A stretch of DNA of 64,000 bases, taken from positions 496,001-560,000 of the forward strand of contig LSRY02000031.1 in assembly GCA_001643675.2 (NCBI GenBank). The letters run 5' to 3'. The notes under the pieces were generated by a model. It was not told the origin of the DNA. It did no database searches and saw nothing but the letters and a program-made list of their open reading frames with translations. The position numbers and the translations under genes were made by a program. Shown here piece after piece: positions 22,840-32,753 of the stretch. This DNA comes from Monocercomonoides exilis PA203. Lineage: Eukaryota > Protista > Preaxostyla. Every line of letters begins with the position of its first letter. The stretch's first letter is position 1.

Positions 22840-24883
22840 GAGTGATTTATTAACACGAACTTTTTAAAAACCTGGACTTTATTTTTTTATAACAATAAGT
22901 TGATTTTTCCCACTTTTTATATTTTTTATATTGTTTTCATTATATAAGGAAAAATCAATGACTGAAATTCTGGATTAAATTACAGCACCTATTCTCTGAT
23001 GGGGAGAAGATGTGAGAATAAGCTCCTCCATCTCTGATTTATACCTCCCCTGAAGAGATAAGGAAATAGCAACTGGGCTGACAAAGTTAAAATAGAATCG
23101 GAAAAATTTTTATGTTTTTTTTTCATTGAAAAAAAAGTTTTTTTTTTGAAATATTAAAATAAGATCATAACCAATATTTTATTTGTGTGAGCGTAGTGAA
23201 ACAAAGAAAAGAAAGTGGTTTGACGAAATTGAGTGATTTGAAGAAATCATTCCAGTGTCGTCAAATCAAAAATCGATTAGCACGTATAGCCACAATAATT
23301 GCTGATGGAAAATGCCGTGTTACCAACTCTGCTAATATAAATGAATTCTCTCATTCATCGATAAACCGAGCTGTAACTGCCGTTGAAAAGGGTAGAACTG
23401 TGGGAAAAGTTGGTCGATCAGAGCTGGTTACAAAAGAAGAAAAAGACGCAATAACCGGAATAATCAGAATAGTAATCATCACAGGAGTGAGTTATTCTGT
23501 TGCTCAAACAAAACAACCGGTTTCAATTTTTATTTTTTTCTTATCTATGTTTACGCTAAAAAATAATTAAAGATGGAATCACTGATAACTGACAGAAAAA
23601 TTCGAAGTGGAGAAGAAGAAGATAAAGAAGTCAAAATTTCAAAATCAACACCATCTTCCTTTGTCAAACGCAATCCAGATCTTAAAACATCCATTCCTCA
23701 TAACGTTGATATTCAACGTTAATCGGTATAAAACAAGCAGTCTCTTCAAAATTTCTTCTCTCTTTTGTAATCGCTTCATAACACTCACAAGTACTCTCCT
23801 TCTCTCATCTTCAACACCGATGAACACTCTTCACGTCTCTCCGACTCCACAAAACAACTAGCTGTTCATCCTTCAGATGTTCCAGTCGGGTTTTCCAAAA
23901 CACCAATCAACATGCCAAACTCCACTCTTGTGGTTGCAGTTGCATCTGATGGTTATTCTCTCCCAAGCCTTGTTCTTTGTCCATCCAAAAAACGACTACC
24001 TGAAAAGAACGTCTTGCTCAGCCTGCAGCTTCACACCTGAGCAGACAATGATTGATGGATGACTGATGTATTGTTTGCTCACTATGCTGAAGAGATACAA
24101 CTGCCTGGAAATGTCCAAAGAAGAAAATTGCTGGAAATGAACGAAGATAGATGCTTGCTTCTCTTTGATTCACATTCTTCATGAGCACAGCCAGATCTGT
24201 GGCAAAAATTTGCAGATTCATCAATTGACGTAGTTTCATTTAATCCACACAGCACTCATCTTACACAGCCACTTGACTGCGGAGTTTTTGCTGTGTTTAA
24301 AAGATGTTTCAATTCAAGCTATGTTGTTCCATTTTTTTCTTCGATCGCACTCAGACGAAAAGCAGTTGCAATTGCCCCACCACAGGCTTTGCAAACTGCA
24401 TTGGTTCCTTCAACAATTCACTCTGCATTTGAAAAAAGCAGAGTGTTGTCTGGACAAACCAATTCTGTATTGGTGAAGTTACCTGACACTCCTTCAGTTC
24501 AGCTGAGAATAAAATCCCATCGGTTCAATTTCCATGGAAAAAATATTTCCGACCAAGCATTTTCAGATGAATGGAAAGCATACAAAAAGATGAAAGATGA
24601 AAAGAAAACTGATGATTCTGCTGAAGAAAAAATTGAAAAAGATTTGTTTTCTGCAGAGAAGCCGAAAAAAAGAAAAATATCCAAATCCCAAATTTTAAAA
24701 GATGATGAATTTGAAGATGATAATGAACGAAGAAATACCAGAAAAATTATTAAAAGAGAATTGATGGATTGAATTTACTATTGATTGTTGCATTTTTTCG
24801 AAAATTTCAACATGCGATTTATAAAAAACTATTTATTCTTTAATCAAAAATACAAAAATTATGTCAGGACAAAAAAATCACCC
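22840..24883 (+). mobile_element. pogo/Fot-like DNA transposon, copy 2 (inactive, more decayed)
   Basis: The left end GAGTGATTTATTAACACGAA resembles the reverse complement of the copy 1 right end. The right end AAAATCACCC is followed by TA (24884-85). Carries a transposase remnant. Confidence 0.75.
23187..24772 (+). pseudogene. DDE_1 transposase pseudogene (frameshifted; start mutated to GTG; intron 23520..23572)
   Basis: MSVV..RAVTAVEKGR, IFNTDE, HSTHLTQPLDCGVFAVFK, PQALQTALVPSTI and the C-terminal EKPKKRK are colinear with copy 1, and the intron position is the same. Confidence 0.85.
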
Positions 24884-25089
24884 TATATCTTTTCATTTTT
24901 TGATTTTTATATTCTTTCATTTTTCGCAACACTATGATAAGTTTTGAGCGACATCAAAAAGCACACATATAAACATCCAGTAAATCACGTCAAGTTTGAA
25001 AACACATTATTATCCTTGTCTTCATCTGAATGCAGCAACAAAGAAAAAAAAAATCAAAATAAATAAATAAATAAATAAATAAATAAATA

Positions 25090-26053
25090 GGGTCAGTAAT
25101 TTATCATATCCCCCGTTTTTTATCGGGACCTAAATTTTCTGGCTCTCAAGAGCACTTTTAGAAAAAAATAAATAATAGAAAATTATTTATATATTATAGT
25201 ATACTATTTCTGAAAATATTTTTTCATATTTTAATTTTTGTGAAAAGATCTGGTGTTTTTTGTTTTATTTTTAAGATCAAAGACTTGCTCGTATTTCAAC
25301 AAGTTTTTTGTTTTGAGAGTTTTGAGATATATCATTGTTAATAAACTTAACTTCTTTATGTTTTTGGTTATTTTTCATTGTTTAACACTTCGTTTTTTTA
25401 TTATATTTTCCATTTCACTTAATTTCGATAAAATTAAAAATTAATTGTGAAATTAGAGTAACCGTGTTTTTGTTCATTGAAGAATAGTTAAATAACTGAT
25501 TGATATGTGTATCACCTAAATTTTGAAATGAAAAAATATGATTTGAAGTTAAAAACACAAAAATACACACAAACATGTTTTCTTAAATTATAATCTCGAT
25601 CATTAAAAATTGAAGATTTTCTTTTTTCAAATTTCCTTTATTTGTTGATAATTTCCATCCTCACCATTTTGAATAAACGAAAAACTTGTTTTTTCAAATG
25701 CATTCTTCATTTTATCGAAATTAAGTGAAATGGAAAATATAATAAAAAAACGAAGTGTTAAACAATGAAAAATAACCAAAAACATAAAGAAGTTAAGTTT
25801 ATTAACAATGATATATCTCAAAACTCTCAAAACAAAAAACTTGTTGAAATACGAGCAAGTCTTTGATCTTAAAAATAAAACAAAAAACACCAGATCTTTT
25901 CACAAAAATTAAAATATGAAAAAATATTTTCAGAAATAGTATACTATAATATATAAATAATTTTCTATTATTTATTTTTTTCTAAAAGTGCTCTTGAGAG
26001 CCAGAAAATTTAGGTCCCGATAAAAAACGGGGGATATGATAAATTACTGACAC
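25090..26053. repeat. 345-bp near-perfect inverted repeat (25090..25434 / 25709..26053) with a 274-bp spacer
   Basis: Arms read as reverse complements, with one terminal mismatch seen (GGGTCAG vs GTGTCAG). ORFs 25253..25444(+) and 25627..25890(-) share 60 identical aa. Confidence 0.92.
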
Positions 26054-26135
26054 TATTTATTTATTTATTTGTTTGTTTATTTATTTATTTGTTTGTTTGT
26101 TTATTTATTTGTTTGTTTGTTTATTTATTTATTTT
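26054..26135. repeat. (TTTA/TTTG)n microsatellite abutting the inverted TIR copy
   Basis: Directly visible. It runs into an AG acceptor at ~26153, so it looks intronic. Confidence 0.85.
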
Positions 26136-26153
26136 TTAATGAAAATTTTTTAG

Positions 26154-26761
26154 ACACACAGAAATGGAAAACACTATTTGGGGAGAGCTAACTCTCAATG
26201 GAATGAAAAATTATTTGCATTTCTCAAATAATGATGGAAAACTTAGTTCGGCTGCTCTTAGCACCTTTGATGAAAAAGAGATGGATGAAATGATGTGTAA
26301 AGAAAAAATGGTGGAAGATAAAAGAATTAGAAAGATATTTAAAAGAAAAGAAAATGATTTGAATGAAATTTATTGTGTGAAAAAAGGAAAATTCGGAAAA
26401 AAGTGTGAAAAAAGTGATTGAAAACCGATTAAAATTTATTGAAAAGAAAAACAATGAAAAGTTGAATAATTTTAATGAAAATTTGTATCATAATTCCATG
26501 TTTATTGACAGACTCGACTGCGTAAAGAACAGCTCAGGTATGTCTTAGGTATGTTCTTTTTAAGAATCATCAATTAATTCAAATTCTTTTTCATATAATA
26601 ATAATTCAGATTTTTATTCTTTTGATTCTTTATTATTTAGTCAACCACTTGAAGACTGTTTCGCTGATTCTGTTTCCGATAAAAGGTATGAAGGTTTGTG
26701 TTGTTCTGATTCAATTGAAATGGATGTGAGTGATGATGATGTGATTATTACTGAATATTAA
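26154..26761 (+). pseudogene. 3' remnant of a spliced gene carried inside element A
   Basis: Acceptor TTTTTAG at 26153, ORF 26164..26421, an intron-like GTATG...TTTAG ending at 26640, and a last exon ...CSDSIEMDVSDDDVIITEY* ending at 26761. No catalytic motif visible. Confidence 0.45.
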
Positions 26762-27611
26762 TTCTTTTTATTATAAAAATGGATTGTCAAAATTTTCAAA
26801 TAAACTTCAGTTGAATCAAACTGATTTTCAATAATATTTTATATTCGAAAAAAAATTGTAACTCACTTTTGCTTTCTCAATGATTCCTTAATTTTTTTCT
26901 AAAAATCAAGGTTGAGAGCTAGACTAATTCTATCCTGTTATTTTCAATTATTATAAAAAGAAAATAACTTGCAGAGTTTGGGCTCAGAATTAGTTTCCCA
27001 GGAAAGTGAGTTATTATTTTTTCTTTAATAAAAAACACACACACACAAAAAAAAAAAGAAAATAATTGGATTCGAAACAAATATTAATATTGTTTGATAT
27101 TGAATAAATAAACATTCTGAAATAAACAATAAAGAACTTTGAAAATATAATTTTCAAATAATGGGTGGAACACAAGTCCAAAAGGAATAAATTTTTACCC
27201 ATATGATAAATTACTGACCCTAAATAACTAAACAAACAAATAAATAAATTAAAATACTCGTTTCACTGTTAAACGAGGACTTGTTGATTATATTTTCAGC
27301 AAATATTTTTTTATAAAACCGAAATCAATTAGTATTCCACAAATATAAATTACTCATTTTTTGCTCGAGCTTTCAATAAAATATTCGGGCATAAAAATTC
27401 CCAACTTAGGTATTTGATGAAAAGGCATCTTCCAGGAAATAAATGTGATTGCCTTTTATTTAAAAAATCTAAAAATAAAATATGAAAAAGAGATACAATG
27501 ATGGTTGATTAGATTATAAAAAGTGACGTGGAAAAGAACTCATGCAACACTCCAGAAAAATGAAACAAACATATAATTCTTTTTCAAGCTAAAAACATTA
27601 GCTTGCCAAAA

Positions 27612-28136
27612 TTATGAAGAAAAAGCTTTGCTTCCTTCCGCTTTAATTTCTGTCACTTTTGATGTATACCCTCCCTTGTTGCTTCCGCTATCATAATCTG
27701 CTCCAGAAGCTTTTTTCACTTTATCCATAAGATCGGCCTCGTCCAGCTCTGAAGGAAGTGAAGCCTGAACTTGGATATGAGAATATCCGAATAAAGTGTT
27801 GATAGAAGAGACATGGGTTCCCATTTTCCCTTTCTTCACAAGAGAGACAGATTCTCCAGAGAAGCTGATGAATATAAACTTTGGTCGGCGAGATTCAGCA
27901 TCACCACTGATCACACGAATATAAGCATAGCCCATAAATGTCGGAGTCATAAGAGGAAGAACGCCAGCAATTCCTTCTGTTCCTTTGGCTACCAATTGGA
28001 TGCAATTTGATTTTCCATCTTCATAACCAAGCACAACGAAATTTGTTTCCGTTGCATCATTTTTAATATCCGCAACAACTTCGCGAACTTCTTCTTCATT
28101 TTTCACTTGGATAGCTCCAACGGTTGTGTAAGACAT
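27612..28136 (-). CDS. Coactosin-like ADF-H domain actin-binding protein (174 aa)
   Basis: Motifs TNFVVLGYE, GYAYIRVISGDAESRRPKFIFISF.G, HIQVQA and DKVKKASGADYD are typical of coactosin. First ATG is at 28136; the ORF-track start at 28211 is TTG. Confidence 0.85.
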   Translation of the reverse strand: MSYTTVGAIQVKNEEEVREVVADIKNDATETNFVVLGYEDGKSNCIQLVAKGTEGIAGVLPLMTPTFMGYAYIRVISGDAESRRPKFIFISFSGESVSLVKKGKMGTHVSSINTLFGYSHIQVQASLPSELDEADLMDKVKKASGADYDSGSNKGGYTSKVTEIKAEGSKAFSS

Positions 28137-28537
28137 CGCTTTTAACTTTTTTGCAAAACAGAAGGTTAAGGTACAAATGATCAATGCCCATTTTTGGTTT
28201 AAGAATTTCAATGTTTGCAGTTCGAAATGATCTTAACATTTGATAAAATGGAAAAAATATAATTCATTCTTTTAAAATTGATAGCTGATTAAAAAATGAG
28301 AGAAAAAGTGCAAAATTTTTATTCATGATAATTTGAGTGGTTTTCCATTTATTTTAACAATTGGCAAAATTTATCGAATGAGAATGCAGAGTAAGAAGCA
28401 AGAAAATTTGACAAAAAGAAAAATGAAAGATAAATTTATTAACAATTTTAACAAAAAGACAAATCAATACCACAACCTTTATTTTTAATTTTTGCTTGAT
28501 TTCTGAAACATATTGGAAAAGATCGACATAACACTAA

Positions 28538-30783
28538 TTATTCATCTGCTTGTGGCAAAGAAGGGGCAGGAGCAGATGTATCTGAGGAAGCATTCAGCAT
28601 CGACGCTGTTTCGAGGGCAGAACGCAAAAAGGAAGGCATACACGAAGGAATTGAACTTTGATGTGGAGAAGAAAGAGAAGAGGAAGAAGAGGAAGAGGAA
28701 GAGGAAGAGGAAGAGGAAGAAGAAAGAGAAGATTGATTGTGAGATGAATGGAAATGTGAATGGGAAGAAAGATTCATGGCCTTTGCAATGATGTCTGAAG
28801 AAGAAGACAATCCTGATGCAGATGAAGAAGAGACAAAAGAAGAAGAAGAAGAAGAAGAAGAAATCGGAAGGGCAGCTGATGACATAAACGAAGAATACGT
28901 TGTTTGAGACACAGTTGGCATTGGCACATCAAATTCTGTGGCTGCTTTTGAAGTCTTCCCACTGCGCACCCCGCTGCTTCCTGCTCCTTTCTCATTCAGT
29001 TCTCTTTGACTTCGCATTTCTCTTTTCTCATCTTTCTGTTTGTCTTCACCGTTTGTCTTGAAGGAAGGAAAAGATACAGCATAAGCAGGTGTGGTGGGGC
29101 TGATAGGCTCCACATCATAGTCTGCATAGGGCATATCCAGATCAAATTCTGGCTGCGAGGAAATGCGAGGCATCCCATCGCCTTTGTCACCCAGAAACGA
29201 GGAAGATGCATCAACCCCTCCTCCTCCTCTTCCCCTTCCCCTTCCTCTCCCTCTTCCTCTGCCTCTTCCTGCACCTGTTCCTGTTCCTATCTCTGTCCCT
29301 ATCCCTGCCCCTCTTCCTCTTCCTCTTCCTCTTCCCCTCCCTCTTCCCCTTCCTCTCCCTCCTCCTCCTTCTCCCATTCCGTTCTCCCCATCTTTCCCTT
29401 CTCCTCCACCTGGCTGCTTCCACCCCATCATCATCGCATTCATCTGCATCATCTGAAGAGAATTAACAGGAGGAACAAACGGAACAGAATTAGCAGAATT
29501 TGCAGAAGGAACAGAAGGAACAGAAGAAGTTGAAGGAGCAGAAGGCATCTGCCCAGCAGCTGCATTCACCACAGGCGCTTGAGATGGATTGTGCATTTGG
29601 CTCTGATTAGGAATCTGTCCTGCTATTTGTCCTGTTATTTGCCCCGTTATTTGTCCCATTGCTTGTCCTGCTGCTTGATTCATTGTTTGCCCTGTGACTT
29701 TTCCATTTGCTTGCCCATTTGTCTTCCCAGCCATCTGAGCAGGGTTCATCCCCAGCAAGTTTGGCATGCCTATCAGAGGCAGCTGTGGAGGAGCAATGTT
29801 TGACACACCAGCTGCTGCTCCTCCTCTCCCCATCGTTTGTCCAGGCAGGCCAGGGAAAAAGGGCATGGGCACAAATGGATTCATCGGATAGAACGAGGAA
29901 TAAGGCATGCGATATAAAGAGGAGGAGGAGGAGGAGGAGGAAGAAGGAGCTGTGGCATAAGAGAATGCTGATCCTCTTCCTCTGCCGCCTCGTGGCTGCT
30001 TTGATTTCCTTCCTGATCTGCCATACCCATCGTCATAGTTATCTATCAGATCATCATATTCTTCCTGGACTTCTTCTTCCTCTTCTTCCTCTTCATTCAA
30101 CAGCGCATCTTCACTCAGCTCAAACTCATCATCATCGTCTTCTGCCTCTTCTTCCTCTTTCTTCAGCGTGAAATCATCATCGTCTGTATGCTTCTTCCTC
30201 CGCGATTTTCTTTTATCTTCCTTTTGAAACTTCACCCGCTGCGACCACGAAGACTTGCCACTCAATAGCTCCATCATCGACTTCTTCTTCTTCTTCTTCT
30301 CTTCATCTCCTTGCCTCTCTTTCTCTCTTTTGCTCCTTCTGTCTTTCTCTTTTTGTTTCTCTCTTTCTCTTTCTCTTTCTCGTTCATCTTCCTCATCATC
30401 TTCGTTGTCTTCTTCTTCTTCTTCTTCTTCTTCTTCCTCCTCATTGTCATCTTCATATTTTCCTTTTTTCCTCTTTTTGTCATCTCCATCCTCATCTTCC
30501 TCCTCTTCCCCTTCTTCATCGTCAAATTCCTCTCCATTCACATAGTCTGTCACAAGACTCTGCTTCTTCAGCCTCTCTTTCCTCAGCCTTTCTCTCTCTT
30601 CTTCGTTTCTTTGCCTCAAAAGCGTCGGATACAACAAACCAGATAGCGCAGAAAAGGGATTGGATATCTCACGAAATGGAAGAGGGTTGCTGCGTTTGCC
30701 TGAAAGAGAATAAAAATAATAATAACAATAAGAAAAAGAAAAAGAAGAAAGAATGATTATAAATGAATGAAAAGAAAGAAAAA

Positions 30784-30814
<31 letters not shown>

Positions 30815-32520
30815 AAAAAAAAAAAAAAGAGAGAGAGAGAGAAAGATTTGAGTTCAAAATTCACTTTGTTGAAACAAAAAAAAATATTTTTTTTGAAAAA
30901 AAATAAAAAATAACATTATAATTATCACAATTCAAAATTGTACAAAAAATAAATAAATAAATAAATAAATAAATAAACATTAACATAATTCAATTCATTT
31001 ATCGCTCTCACACTTTTTTTGCATGCGTCTTTGCATCCGTTGACATTCTCCACAGAAAGTGCGCCAGGAAACTCGTCCTTCTGGTCTTCTGTGCACACTT
31101 TCAGGTCTCTTCTCACACAGGCCATGAATTGCTGGCTTTCAGGCAGTCTTTCATAGACTGGTGAGTGAATTGGGCAGAAATGCACGAAAAACGTGTCTGT
31201 GTCCATCGAAGGATGGGTGAGAGGCTCTGCGAAAAGACTGTCTGAAGAATGAAATGACAGGGAAAATAATAATAACAATAATAATAAAGTCATTTACGAG
31301 ACAATAATATTCAAAAAGAAAAGTTAAGAAAAAGTCAGGAAGAAATAAAGATAGAAAATTAATCACTGAAAATAAAGTCAGAACATTCATATGCACACTT
31401 TTAACAGCGCAGCTGATGTGAAATGACTTGTTGCAATCAGCAGAGCCACAATACATCAGAGCACCCTGCGTTGAACGGCAAATGCAGCACATTCCTTTGA
31501 ACCTGCTCTTCTTAATCTCTGAAATGTCAACATAATCTCCTTCAAATACAACCTTTATGGTGATTGTCACAATAAAAGAGCAATTAAGAAAGGATATAAG
31601 CAATAAAATAGAAATAAAATTATGAGTTAATTCAGAATATTAAAGTAAAAATATGGAAAGTTAAACAGAAAAAAGATATTTTTTTCATTTGTAAACAAAG
31701 ACTTTACAAACCTCTGGGAAATACATTGCGCAACATGTGTGGACCCAGCCCATTTTATCCTTCAGCTCACTCATAGCTCCTCCAATATGATCGCATAATT
31801 TGCATCTGCGTGCCTGATTGACACGACCATCAGAATGCCGAGGGCGAACGCCTCTCCTGTTAAAAAATTTTTTTGTTTCATTATTAATTTTTTAAAAATA
31901 TTCAACTGTTGAAAAACAAAGGAGTAATACCTGCAAGGTCTACAAAACCACTTTTCCTTTTCCATTTCTGCTGGAGTAATGCCATAACATTCCGCATGAA
32001 CAGCAACTTGACAACCATCGCAATATACAATTACATTGTCATCAAAATCTGTGTTGAGGCCACAGACAGTGCAGACTTTTTCTGATGTGAGAAAATGTAA
32101 TATGAAAATTATAGTGATTGTTGCAATAAATGAATAATTATTACAACAAATTTAAAACGATGATAAATCACAATTTCGTTTTTACAACGCCAAATAGATA
32201 AAATGTAATGAAACAAACGCAAAAATAGCGTCAAAACAAAATGAACAATGATTTATTAATGATTTTGTGAAAATGATATTTCAACAAACCATCGTCCGGA
32301 ATTTCATCATCTAAAACTGAGACTGTTTTAAGTAAATGTGTTTGTACGTGCTGTCCATGCAAAGGTTGTTGTGTTTGCTCTTTATTTGAATTATCATTTC
32401 CCTCGTTTGAAGCAGTATCATCTTATAATATTCGAAGAAAATGGTTTTATAGTTTAAACAGTTCATATTATGTTGAAAATATAAATTTTCTAAAAAAATA
32501 CCTTTTTCAGACTCTTCCAT
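28538..32520 (-). CDS. PZP-domain (PHD-Zn knuckle-PHD) chromatin reader, BRPF/JADE/AF10/Nto1-like, ~996 aa: complement(join(28538..30699,31014..31241,31399..31552,31712..31856,31931..32081,32290..32421,32502..32520))
   Basis: Spliced product gives CTVC..NVIVYCDGCQVAVHAECYGI..WFCRPC, CKLC..GGAM..WVHTCCAMYFPEV and CCICRSTQGALMYCGSADCNKSFHISCA..FCPIH. All six introns are GT-AG and keep the frame (2991 nt total). Confidence 0.82.
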
Positions 32521-32753
32521 ATATCTAAGCTCGGGCAATCAAAAATTAATAATTGTTATTTCTGTAAATCAAACAAAAATCAAGAATTAAAATTTGAAAC
32601 ACCCCATATTTGTTTTCATTTCTTGATCAATCACCATAAGATAAAATTTATTCGATACCTTCATTTATTTGGGGGTTAATTTCGGTCGGCCAGCTTCGTC
32701 TCAGCTAACTTTTATCAACGCTATATTGCTTTTTTAATTAGAGGCTGCTCGCG
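32521..32753. promoter_or_regulatory. Probable bidirectional promoter (~230 bp)
   Basis: Head-to-head ATGs at 32520(-) and 32754(+). Inferred from gene geometry only. Confidence 0.5.

Larger units (their letters stand above)
25090..27220 (+). mobile_element. TIR element A inserted at TA in an (AAAT)n microsatellite; perfect 20-bp TIR GGGTCAGTAATTTATCATAT
   Basis: TIRs 25090..25109 and 27201..27220 are exact reverse complements. TA lies on both sides (25088-89, 27221-22), and AAAT/AAAC repeats continue in the same orientation on both flanks. Confidence 0.75.

Noticed and set aside
22985-23085. CTGAAGA..GAAA hammerhead-like core in the pogo copy 2 leader
   Set aside because: Stems I and II and the NUH cleavage geometry cannot be formed.
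25253-25890. Two identical short hydrophobic ORFs
   Set aside because: Artefact of the 345-bp inverted repeat; GTG starts in AT-rich non-coding sequence.
26051-26055. CACTA pentamer suggesting an EnSpm/CACTA element
   Set aside because: It points the wrong way for a terminus and results from one substitution in CCC|TA.
28137-28211. Signal-peptide-like N-terminal extension on the coactosin-like protein
   Set aside because: Depends on a TTG start; the first ATG is at 28136.
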